Assembly: GCF_009834535.1 (NCBI RefSeq)
Contig: NC_045697.1
Span: 77,006,001-77,070,000, forward strand
DNA length: 64,000 nucleotides
Reading direction: 5' to 3'
Source of the DNA: Camelus ferus
Lineage: Eukaryota
The notes beneath the pieces are model-generated. The model worked only from the letters and a program-made list of their open reading frames with translations. It was not told where the DNA came from and made no database searches. Below are positions 12,901 to 24,380 of the stretch, piece after piece. Position 1 is the stretch's first letter; each line of letters opens with the position of its first letter. A program made the translations under genes and the position numbers.

Positions 12901-15900
12901 CATTAAACCACGGCATGGAACTTCACCCGTACTGGCAAACCAGGGAGGGTGGAGATGTTTCTATGCTTAGCGGTCACTTACTGGGCTATTGCCTGCAGCC
13001 CAGACTGACTCATATATTGTTTTCACATCCTCAGCTTCCAACCACCAAGTGGTATTTAGAAAGTGGAAGGATGGTATAAAAATGCTTTTTCATAATAGGT
13101 TTTGGATGATTTCCACTCAAGACAACATAGATTGATATTATTTGATGAGAACCTCATGAGGTTCCCCCTGCAGCACACAGCACCCCCCCCCGAACTGTAA
13201 GACAGTCCTAATTCTGGCATGTTTCCCTACCAGTTGTCAATTACCTAATCTTGTTGATGAGAGGATGCCCTTCTCCACTCCTAGACCTAATTTTGACATT
13301 CGAATACTCTTTTTTAATATGCTATGTAGTTGATTTTGCACAGTTACAAACCAATCAGAAGCACAATAGGTTATTAAGGCCCTGAGAGGCTACTTGCATC
13401 TATACATCCTTCAAATGAGCTAGAAAAAATTAATCCCTACGCAGAATTTATGCCCTTCTCTTCAATAATTCCCAGCTCAGGAAAAACAGAATTACTAAGG
13501 TAAGAAAGAGAAAAGAGTACTTCAAGGATTTGCTTCTTAGTAATTTTCAGACAAGAGATACAGAAGAGAAGCTAAGATACAAGAACACTGCTTCAAGAGG
13601 TAATTTGTCCCCAGTCCTTTGGGTGACAGGGCATTTTGCCAGTTGTCACTACTGAACCAACTAAAAGTGTTACACCCAAACTGCTGTACTCATTAGGACT
13701 GAAACCATTTAACATGAAGGCTTTGAGGCACTCAGATGCCACACTGTATTGTCTGGCTTTACAAGAGGAGGGGACTGCCTGCTATTCTCATTTAAATAAC
13801 ACTTATGGCATTTTATTTTGCTTTCTTTTTGCAACCCGTTTCTGACAATTCTTTACCTTACATAATTGAAAATCTATACATATGTCCTTACTTGGTGCAC
13901 TCTTTCCATTCATTGGGTAGCTGGTTAGGAAAAATGTACAGTGTAATTGAAAAACCATGTTAGTAGGAAATATGAGTTTTATATGATAAAGTAAATTTAT
14001 GTTAGCAAGGTAATTTAAAGGTCTTCTCATATAATTGGAAAGGGTACACAACCTTAAAGATACAGTTAAAATTTAATTCCACCATCAATGGAGAAGATGC
14101 CACAAAACCAGTTACCAGAGGCTGTGTCACTCATATTTATGAATCAGAGATACTTCTACTTGCCTACATTTGAACTTACTTTGTATATAATCACTATCAG
14201 AGACTTGGAGGGTGTGGAAGGACCTCAGAAATTATACAGTATGTCTTTCTATCTCTAATTAAGCTCTCTGAGCAGATGACTAGATGTGCTACTTTCATCA
14301 TCATCTGTGAAGGCTGAGGACCAGGTCTGGTGGAAATGTTCAGTCCCACCATGCAGGAAGCTTCAACTCTTATTCAACCTGAATCTCCCTGTTTGCAGAA
14401 GTAATGTAGAAAAACAGGTCACCATCCTATCTACACAATCTTTTATATATTAGAACCACTTTTTATTTCAGTTGGGTATCAGTGTATGCAAACCAAGTAT
14501 CAGTGTACCTTCATTTGGCCATAAATTCTTGGAAAACCAAAAGCCAGGTGAGGCTATGCAGATCAGCTTTTATCCATGGCTAGAGCTTTCATATGTTATC
14601 AGAAGCCAGATTTTCTCATGTTAATGATTTTCTCCTACTATGAATTTCTTTCCCCCTCGCCCTCTACCAAATAAAGAAAAAAAAAAAAATCCATAGTATT
14701 TACAGTATGGAAGAAGCTTTGGTCATGCACTCCAAAGCATACTATACTTTTTCTCGGTTGTACTTCTCATGCCTGTAAATTCATGTCATTTTAAAATGTC
14801 TGTCATCCTCATTGAAATGTAAGCACCAAGAGGGCAGATGCCAAGTCTGCCTTATTCATCAGCATTTTCCCCGTATCTAGATATTTAGCACACAATAGGC
14901 TCTTCATACCTGGAGAACAGACAAGTGCCCTTCAAAATCACTCTAACCCAACACTCCTATATTAGGGATATGAAAATAGAGTCTGTAAAAGTCATTCTTG
15001 GAAATGATTTCCCCAAGATTGTTAATGGCAAAGCCAGGATTAGAACTCTGGATTCTTTTTTTTTTTTTTTTTTTTGCACTGTTTTTACCAAAATTTTATT
15101 TGTTGTAAGAGAAAATCAATATACCTTATTCAAAAATAAGATTTAAGAATAGATTAAATACACTCTTTGGGACTCCCCCAAATTTCACTCATTTGTCAGA
15201 CATAATATCTTCAGGATTTTTTGTTGAACTGATTCGTAGATCTATAGTCTATCACTCCAATGACACTAAAGCAAGCCCTTGATCAGGAAAAGTTCTTTAT
15301 CTGAATGTAACAGGGTCTATCATTAAAGCAGTCTTATTAGTCGATCCTGATTGCTCCTCCAGAAATGCTGTCATGGAAGAAAGCCCACTATTGGTCATCA
15401 TAACTGGAACTACAGATTCTTTATTGCCCATTCACATTCTCTGTCCCTTACGCCACAGAGGTTCTTATATTTCATACCCTGGGCAGGCAACACTACTCAT
15501 GAGTAAGGTACAGAAAACTCTATGATCTTAAACATCTTTTGGTTGGCTGCCTGGTTCCCAGTGTTCCTTATCAGCTGGATCATAGAAACCTTCCCATAAA
15601 TATGCCTACTTTGTATGTACTTTATGTAGGACTCCAAGAACAGAACCCAAAACGGAATTCTACAGCCACAGGAAAGAGCCAATTTATTCTCTCCTACAAA
15701 AGACAAGTTTTAGAGAGGCCAAGCCACAGATGCCAGCTGGATTTCCACAGTTCAGCTACTGCTAAATCAAATATTCTGCTAAATAGAACTCTAATTTGTA
15801 TGGTTTTTTTTTTAATTTTATTTTGAGGTTTCTTTAAAGCAAATATTCAAAAAATAGAGCTTCTCCTGAGCACACAAAAAAAGTAAATGTGAATTTTGGG

Positions 15901-16299
15901 GAATGATGATGTGATCTAAAATTGTAGTGATGGTTGCCCAGCTCCATTTTTTTTCACTCTTTAAATCATAGATTTAAATATTATAAAATATACTTTAAGA
16001 AAGCTGTTAAAAATAAGTGTGAAAATGAGTCAGACAACTAAAGTACTTCTTTTCAAAAACATCTGGTATCAAAACTGTAAAGACACTCTTTATCCCTTTA
16101 TACTCTTTTAGTGTAGGTTCTATCTACTTCGATTATGGTTTACCTACAAGGTCAAAAGTTCTTCCAACAATTTTGGTAAAAATAATTTAGTAGACTAATA
16201 CAAATATCTGTAAAGAACCCATCTTCATTGATGTAGCACCAAGAGATACTGACTTACTTGATTATCTGCATGAATGATCTACAGATATAGTTGTTTAAT

Positions 16300-16860
16300 T
16301 AAGCACAGCATTCTAGTCCAGAACCTACTATCAACTAGCCATGGAGCTTTGAGCAAGTTATGCATCTCCAAGTCTCAGTTTTCCCACCTATATCATGTGT
16401 CCCCATGGACCAGATTGGCGTTAAGTAACACATAAGATTTTAAAAAGAATAGTAACTGCTATTACCCAATAAATAGCTATTACTATGCCAGACGTTAGGT
16501 CAAGTATCAACCTATGATGAGGAAGGTAGCATTAGCCATGTTTTTGCAGATGAGGAAACTGGAACCCAGAGATGTTTAATAGTGTGACCAAGGTCACACA
16601 GTTATTTAGTATCAGACCCAGGATTTCAGTCCAGAACTGTCCAGCTCCAAAACCTATACTCTCTATTCCTCCTCAGACTTCGGGCTTTTGATTCTGACAG
16701 ATGTGGAAATGAATCTGACCTTGTCTTTACTATGTTAAGTTAGTCACCTCCTCTGAGTCCAGCTTCTCCAGCTGTAACATGAGATTACCAATACTTAACT
16801 CTCAGGGTTGTTGTGAAGATTAAACGAGAGAATACTTCCCTTATAATGAAAAACCATTCA
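16300..16860. mobile_element. cluster of MIR SINE fragments
   Basis: MIR core motifs (cagatgaggaaact, ccaaggtcacacag, ctcagttttccc, cagggttgttgtgaagattaaa) in both orientations. Confidence 0.7.
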
Positions 16861-18689
16861 ATAATAGCCTTCCTTATACCTCTCCCACAAAAGTTCTTTC
16901 TAGTGTTTAAAAAAAAACTTTCAATTCTATGATTTCCTTGTAGCCTACCTGGATAAACCTCACTGGGACTGAGTTCTATCAAAAGCAATTAAAGTGAACA
17001 CAAACAACACAGCATTCGGCCTTTGCTATCAGTCCTTGGCTCTGTGATGGAGACTGTCAACAAGAGTGTCAACTTCAAGGGGTGGGCATCTGTCCACAGG
17101 AACTGGGCTGAGGTAACAAACTTGTCTCACTCTGCCCTACAAACAGATGTCTGGGTGACAACTCTTAGTCACTGCGAACCAGGGTGAAACCTAAACCAGG
17201 TGGGAAGTGCTATATCTCCTTTCTAATCCTCTTGGCCAGCCCATTCATTCCCTAAAACAATACCTCACCTGACCACAATTCAAAATAGCTGGTTTTCCCC
17301 AGGATACTATTTTCAACATGATGCCTTAATTTTGATATTGTCTAATTATTCCACAAGCAGAATAGAGTGTTTCTATGCTAGAGATCTGTCAGCAAGAAAC
17401 CTGTTTGATTCTGTGTGTTGGAATGTGCACCTTCAAAAGTATACCTCGAGAGTAACCTGGTGAAAACTGGTGTAATGTGGAGCTCTAGTGGTGGCAAGAA
17501 AGTAAAGCAGCCATTAGACAGAGCCAACAAAAAAAACGAGGAAATCACCATTTATTTATTTATTTGTTATTATGGTGAAATCAACATTTATTATTAAATT
17601 AATATATTAAGAAGAAAATGGAAGATATTTTGGAAGATTTAACATGAAGTGAACTCTAAATGTAAAGACTTTCCTACAGATTACAAATTAGACCTCACCA
17701 ACCAGCTTACATCAAACATCATAAAGCAGTTAAATCCCCCAAAAAACTAAGCTCGGTGCCATGGCTGTCACTTTTCTACTCTTTATCAAGTTCACTAAGA
17801 ATCCTATTAATTAACCCTAGTTATTTTTCACACAGCTAGCAAGAGTATTGTATACAGAAAATGCTGGATTCTAAGTGGTATGATCAGTGAAGTCCCCTAC
17901 CAACTGTCTTGGGAATTTAAATAATCCCTGCAGGCTGATGAGGTTGTTGTGAGTTAATTCCCACACTGGAAAAGTGCCTTCCTTAAATTTCTGACTTCTG
18001 AGGTCTTTCCCAACCTAAAACAACTAAGAATGAAACCTATAATTTCAAACATTAACTCTGTCTTCCTGTTACCTAATGTATATGTGTTCTCAACTGAAAG
18101 GGCTTCATTAAAAAAAAAAAAATACTGTTCCATTATGGTCATCAATGTAACAGAACATAAATATGATGTACAACCAGGAGCTGACATTTGAAATTTCTAA
18201 ACATGGTGCCTAGTTTAGCTGTGTCAAAACAAATTATCATGAGGAAAAAAAAAAAAACTAAGAATGTAAAAATTAATAAACAAAGGAATTAGTCTTTCCA
18301 TGCAGTATAAGTATCTAAATATCACGTTCTTGAACATGAAAAAAAAAAAAGTAAGACACTTACTTTTCTATACATGATAGTAAAAGAAACCAAAATGTTC
18401 ATAAACACATTAACAACATTTATCTGAAACAACAATCTCAAGACTCATTGGAGTTTTTCATGACCTATTAGTTGAATCCACTAGACACTTTCCAATGGAC
18501 ATATTCCAAGGGCTTCTAAATTTGAGGCCCGTAGATGACCAACTACCAAGCCTCAGAGGTCTGTGAAGGAAGATATCATGGTTACCCAGGGGTTTTTATT
18601 CATTGATGTCTCTCTTACCCATGCTTCTACTAGTATGCTGTCATCATATAGTTCCCTAAAGCTACACAGAAAAATGGTATAAAAAAAAA

Positions 18690-18728
18690 AATATATATAT
18701 ATATATACATACATATATATATATATAT
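18690..18728. repeat. (TA)n microsatellite, imperfect
   Basis: Directly visible. Confidence 0.9.
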
Positions 18729-19309
18729 AAGCCTTTTCTGAGAAGTCATCGAGAATGCAATAGTTTGTAATGAGAAGCTCAACATAAAGAACTAATTTCC
18801 TTTCAATCCACATCTTTAGCTACAGAATAGGAGAGAGAACCTTTCTGATAGAAAATAAAAGCACTTCAAGAAGTGAAGGTGGCTTACTAACACAATCATA
18901 TGTCAAAAACAACAAATAGAAACCTGCACTAATGCAACCACTAAGCGATTCAGAAACTAACATGTTCTGCAGTCTTTTTCACCACACACATTAAAATTGA
19001 ATAAAATTGAAGAATAATTTTCAATCTATGAATCTAAGAACGTTGTCTTTGGACAACACCTTGCCTGTATTTTCTTTGGTGATTATCTCTATCTTCTTTG
19101 CTTTCCCTTAACAGACCTTGGTATGCTTCTTAAAATAATATTTGGGGCTTTATTTGCCATTCTTTTACTCAGACATGTTGGTTTTATTAAAGTAAGTTGG
19201 GTCTGCATTCTTTCTTTACTATTATTACAGGCAGACTTGACAGACACAGGACCTTTGTTTTAAAATGCTCTGCTATGGAGGAACCCTTGTTAAGTAAGTT
19301 CCATTTTAC

Positions 19310-19379
19310 CTGCCGGGCAGTTGCACTCTGAAGGTGCTTCTCTTGCAATTCTTATTTTAGCCATATGTTCATAGGATTT
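19310..19379 (-). CDS. COL25A1: COL25A1 exon 3 (second coding exon, 70 nt): KSYEHMAKIRIAREAPSECNCPA(G)
   Basis: Acceptor ttttcctacag (AG at 19381-19380), donor GTAAAA at 19309. In frame with the preceding exon. Peptide matches collagen XXV residues 100-122, including the furin site KIRIAR. Confidence 0.97.
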
Positions 19380-20441
19380 CTGTAGGAAAAGAAGAGATAT
19401 TAACAATCATCAGTAGCATTAGAGAAATGGATTCTTTAGGGACTCTCTGGCCATATGCTTGATTTACTAGCCTACATAACTAATGTTTACATATGTACTT
19501 GGACTTTAGTCAAAAGGTAACAGTACCCAAGCCCTAAAAAAAGAAAATGACCATTGACATGATATCAAGACTGCTGGACATCTTTCTCCATTCTTCAACT
19601 ACCACCACTCTCTGTCTCAGCTCAAGCATATGCAGTCAATGCGAAAAACCAGCATGAACATATTGCAGATCTAGGTAAGCTATAGGTTTTAAAACAACCA
19701 ATATTTTATACATAAAGGTCAACTGCTTATCATGCAACTACTGCCAAATAGCTTCTCCATTCGAAGGGCAAGTTCCAGAAAACACCCTAACTGTAGTCTA
19801 AAGCACCCCTGGTTTTGATGAACATAACATAGATTCTTTTCAACTCTCAACTCCAATGGCTCTGCATTCACAAATACCCCTGCCACTGTATCCTTTACAA
19901 AAATTAAAGCTATTGGTTTTTTTCTTTTTAAACGTTGAATATGAAAACATTCAGTGTGCGAAATAATTCATCTGAAATCATTACAAAGTTATTTCACTTT
20001 TAAAAGTGATTACCATTTGTCTATTGATAACACCTATGGCTCTAACCTTCTTACACCCTATGAAGGATATAACAGATGTTATCTCTGCAAGGAATATTCT
20101 CCACAACACTGGAAAAAACTCACACATGATTCCAGAAGCTAAAAAGAGGTAAACCACCACCCTGACATTCTGGCCACCCTTCCCTTCCCCCTTTTAGGCC
20201 TCCATATGTGTTTATCATGCAAACATTAAGAAAAGTAAGGGAAGATGACAGAGACAGAAAGGGTGATACCAAAGGATGTGCATATACAAATACATGCTAC
20301 AGTGAGCACAGATGGCCTAGCACATGTATGTACACACAGCCATACCAAGTATGCATACAGTAGGGTAGAGGCTGGTCATGTACACAGAATCACGCCTGTA
20401 AAAGATGTTATCCACCTGCAAAATACCCCAAGCTTTCACAC

Positions 20442-20738
20442 CTGAGCCAGAAGTCGCTCCACTTTCTCTTGCACCACAGCTTTGAGCTGATCCAGGCAAT
20501 CAGGCAGCAGACGGATGGAAGGGTCCCCCTTGGCGGATTCGAGAGCTGCGATCCTCGCCTGGAGGTGGCTGGTTTTCACCCCCAGGTACAGACAAGACAT
20601 CACGGCCACCACTGACAGGAGGACTGCCAGGGCCGCGCAAGAGGGCACCGTCCCGGCACAACGCTGAGGGGATGCGCTCGGGTCCTCGGAGCTCGGCTCC
20701 CGCCCCCCTCCTTTCCCTGCGTGCTTCTTCACCAGCAT
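20442..20738 (-). CDS. COL25A1: COL25A1 exon 2 coding part (aa 1-99: cytoplasmic tail, type II transmembrane helix, NC1 coiled coil)
   Basis: MLVKKHAGKGGGREP...LLSVVAVMSCLYLGVKT...VQEKVERLLAQ matches the collagen XXV N-terminus. Kozak ccgccacgATG. Donor CAG|GTGTGA at 20441, phase 0. Confidence 0.97.
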
Positions 20739-20794
20739 CGTGGCGGGGTCGGCTGTCTGGGCTTTGCCTCCTACCCTCTACCACCTCCAATAAT
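20739..20794 (-). other. COL25A1: COL25A1 exon 2, 5' UTR portion
   Basis: Polypyrimidine acceptor cttttttctttcttttaag (AG at 20796-20795), 56 nt upstream of the ATG. Confidence 0.7.
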
Positions 20795-20888
20795 CTTAAA
20801 AGAAAGAAAAAAGACGATTCCTCCAAAGTTCAGTCCAAGTGGCTGCACAACTAGTTGGGAGAGTGGGAGCCGGGGCGCGGAGACTGAC

Positions 20889-21380
20889 CGTCGCTTTCCT
20901 CAGCGCCGAGACCGGCAGACGTGGACCATCCTCCGCTTTCTTTTCCCCTTCCCAGCTGCGAGTGAAAAAGCACCCTCAGTCCCAGACTGATGGCAGCAAG
21001 GTAAAAATCGGAATGAAACCCTCCCGGGTGTTCCTCCTTGCCCCTCAGAGGACGCACACCTCTTCAGAGGTCCCCAGAGCGGCCGCGCGGGGTCCAAGGG
21101 ACAGCGGCCGAGGGGCTGTGAGGGGCCGCCGCTCGCCCTCTCCACAGAGCACCGGACCTGTTGCGCCTCTGTCAGCCTGCCTTATTTCTGCCTATTCGGT
21201 GTTTTTTCGCACACCGACCTGTGTTTCCCACCTGGCTGCAGTTCCCGGCAAAAATGCTGAGAGAGACCGCCAGAGCGCAGTGCAAAAGGGGTGGCCGAGG
21301 GGGAGAGGACAGAGGAAAACGAAACACCCAAGGAGAAAATGCGAGTCGCGAAACCGAAGCCGCGGCTGCCCGAAGTATCT
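20889..21380 (-). other. COL25A1: COL25A1 non-coding exon 1 (TSS inferred)
   Basis: Donor ACG|GTCAGT at 20888 gives a 94-nt intron 1. 5' end placed about 30 nt downstream of a TATTTAA box; not directly observable. Confidence 0.6.
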
Positions 21381-21403
21381 CCGCAGCCTCGCGTGTGCGA
21401 GCC

Positions 21404-21410
21404 TTAAATA
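21404..21410 (-). promoter_or_regulatory. TATA-like box (TATTTAA) for COL25A1
   Basis: Isolated AT patch inside the CpG island, in the gene's orientation, upstream of the exon 1 donor. Confidence 0.55.
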
Positions 21411-21425
21411 CCCTTCGAGATGCTC

Positions 21426-21475
21426 GTGTGTGAGTGTGTGTGTGTGTGTGAGAGAGTGTGTGAGTGCGCGCGCGC
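21426..21475. repeat. interrupted (TG)n followed by (GC)n
   Basis: Directly visible. Confidence 0.9.
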
Positions 21476-22769
21476 TCGGAGCGCGGCGTCCCTCCCCCGA
21501 CCCCCTCCCGGCGCCCGGCCTCCAGCCCGCGCTCCCGCCGCAGAGCGCCCCCCTTCCGAAGCCCAGGCAGAGGCCCGCCTCATTAGCATAATATATTCAC
21601 CTTCGCCCAGCCCGCGGGCCGGGCCTGGGAGACCCCCCGAGGGGCGGGGAGCTTGGGTGGGAGCTGAGCCGGAGGTCTTTCATTAGCATAATATATGCGA
21701 ATAGCTGGAGTGGCCACTGCGATTGGAAAGGAGCTTGGCGACCCCCCCCCCTCCACGGAGTAACTTCAGCGTCCCCTAAGGCCACTTCTCCCGCCTGGGC
21801 CAGGGGCCGAAGCGGGGTCTGCCGTGGGGAGGCGGCAACGCTGGCTAGTTCTGACTCGGCCCAGCGGCCCCTCTATATCCCGGTTAAATATGGAGAAATG
21901 GCCTCCAGGAGGGAAGAGAGAGAGCAGAAAGCTCTAGCGCTCCAGGTCTTCACTCTAGCGGCGGGGGCTCTTGCCATCTCGCTCTGGTGTAGCCCTTTCC
22001 CCTCCTCCCTCACCTTCCCACATGCCCAGATGCCAAATGTCTGGCTGACGCCTGAGGTACGTCTCCCCACTTCCCTTCTCTTCCCACGGCCGCGCTGCAG
22101 TCTCCGACTGGGGGAAGTTTGCTCTCCCCTCCCCCGGTTTCCTTCTGTCTGACGGGGCTGAGTCTCCTCCCCGCTCTGTGTTCCTAGTCTGTACTAGGGT
22201 GCTAATGCATTTTCCTGATTCCCTGTTTTGTGGGACTGAAGAAGGGAGTGTTAAGGTACACACATTTCTCGGGATTTCGGAAAGGACTGAAGAATGAGGT
22301 CAATTTTTCCTCTTACCTGACTCTCCTCATGTTTCTCCCTCAGGATCAAATTACAAGTTCCCTAATGGGATTTTTGAAAGTACGTAAAAAGTAACATTCT
22401 ACATCTAATTGACTTTGAAGAAAAAAAAAAAATCTCACCTCTTAATCCAAAGAAGTCCTCCTTATCTCCTTCTCACAAGAAATATCATCTATTTTTCCTC
22501 TCCTTAATCAAGCTAACCTTAAGTTGTTGCTCATTAATATAAACAATCAACAAAATACTACACTAAACTGATCTTTCATAAACATAAACGGGTATTGCTA
22601 GGTATGAAGCAGAGTAAAGATGTTTCAACATCTCTTGATAGAGGACACAAGTTTGAAAAAATTAGGGGATGAAATAGACACAGATCGGAGGAAAATGGTG
22701 ATTATTTTAATAAAATCAAAAGCCTAATCCCTTATATTTGCATTACACAGTTCACAAAGACAGATCCCA

Positions 22770-22915
22770 GATGGGCAACTTGGCATCATCTGAGAACTCA
22801 TGCAAAATTCTAATTCTAGGCCCCATCCAACATCTACTGACTCAGAAACACAGCAATCTGTATTTTAACACATCCTCCTAAAGATTTTGAGGAACATTAA
22901 AATTTGAGATCACTA
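22770..22915. mobile_element. MER5A-like DNA transposon
   Basis: gcatcatctgagaact..aaaattctaattctaggcccca..ctactga.tcagaaac...tttgagatcact pattern. Confidence 0.6.
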
Positions 22916-23757
22916 GGGTAACACTTCACAAAATATTTTCAAATGCATTTTTTCATTGGAACCTCATAACCCTGTGATGCAAGTAAGTAATTAGCATATA
23001 TATATAAAGAAACAATTTTCAAGTCACATTCAATTGTAATTAAATGTATTTCCAATTATAGCACCAGAGTGGGTACAAATTTTGTAATATGTCAACACTT
23101 TCTGATTTTCCAATTACCTCTCTAAACATTTCTTAGTTTCCTTTGCAGGCTTTTCCTCGGCCTATCCTTTAAATGTTGGTGCTCCTCAGGACTCTATCTT
23201 ATGACATCTTCTCTTCTAACTCCATACACTCTCTCCAGTAGTGCTGTCAATTACTGTCCTTACACTGATGAGTCATAAACCCATATTGCAAGCCTAAACC
23301 CCTCTCCTGAGCCATATAGCTGTTCCACTCGGATGTCCTATAAAAGTTCCAACTTGACCTGCATCTTATATCCAAACTCAGCTCTTCCTTCTTTATTTTC
23401 CATTTCAGTAAATGGAGTTGCCATGCAGCCAGCATTCACAAGCCAAAATGCCCAGTAATAACCTTCAACTTCTCCCATGCCCTCCTCTCTCCATCTACAT
23501 AAATTCCTTCAATACTTTCTATTGTCCTGAGGGTAGAAATTGTTTCCTACAAGTCACCACTTGGGGTCTGTCATCTCACCTTCCTCCTTTCTCACCTTTT
23601 CCCTCACACTCTCCACACCAGTTCCTCTAATGAAAGTCTGGAAACAAAAAGTATGAAGAACTCTTCTTTGGGGTAAGGCACCACTTTCTTAAATTTCAGT
23701 ATAAAGACCATTTTCTATGCTGATTGATGCTGAACAGTAGGTCACACATTTAATTTG

Positions 23758-23905
23758 TGGTTTTGTTAATTTTTAAAAAAATTTTGGGGGAAGTAATTAG
23801 GTTTACTTATTTATTTGTTTATTTTTAATGGAGGCACTGGGTGTTGAACTCAGGACCTTGTGCATGTTTAGCACACACTCTACCACTGAGCTATACCCTC
23901 CTCCA
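23758..23905 (-). mobile_element. camelid-type SINE
   Basis: Reverse tRNA head (ctctaccactgagctataccc), GTAATTAGG tail. TSD ACACATTTAATTTG at 23744-23757 and 23906-23919. Confidence 0.88.
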
Positions 23906-24380
23906 ACACATTTAATTTGAATGATACCATTTTCTTATATCATCTTTGTGGAAATTGGCCATGAGAAGGTACATTAACAACTCTTGCCGGCTCTCAGGAA
24001 TGCCAGCTCTTAGTAGATAGAATTGGAATTTTGTGGATTTGGGATCTTTATCCAGAGGATTAGTTTTTACTTTATTTCTTTGGTGGGCACAATACCCTAG
24101 AAATGTACTAGTCATTAGTGCTAGGCTCTCAAATCCCAGTAGAGTCTTTGCATTAAGCACAGAGAATGTGAGGATCAAGAAGGCTCTGGGCATTTGAACC
24201 CATGGTATTCTGTAGATTCATCAGAGCACAGTTGTTGTTTTGGTTCCTATGTGAAGAAGGATTCAAAAAAGTGAAAATAGCACTAAAAATGGTAGAGTCT
24301 AGCTAACTCGATTTTATCAATTGGATGAAATCAATGATATCAATAGCAGTAAAAGGCAAGCAGCTGGTTGTAGAAAGGTA

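Larger units (their letters stand above)
20430..22180. promoter_or_regulatory. CpG island / COL25A1 promoter region
   Basis: Marked GC and CpG enrichment against an AT-rich background. GC box GGGGCGGGGA at 21641-21650, CCAAT (minus strand) at 21722-21726. Confidence 0.9.

Noticed and set aside
1..19309. Further COL25A1 Gly-X-Y exons
   Set aside because: No collagen-repeat exon (GPPGKRG...) seen; exon 4 lies beyond the left edge of the window.
21094..21160. Partial REST/RE1-like half sites (GGACAGCG; AGCACCGGAC)
   Set aside because: Neither has both half sites with canonical spacing.
21196..21217. 7-bp stem hairpin TCGGTGT...ACACCGA in the 5' leader
   Set aside because: Too short to distinguish from chance in GC-rich DNA.
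20839..21591. 250-aa plus-strand ORF antisense to COL25A1 exon 1
   Set aside because: GTG start, R/P/S/A-rich, crosses a microsatellite. Long open frames are expected in stop-poor CpG islands.
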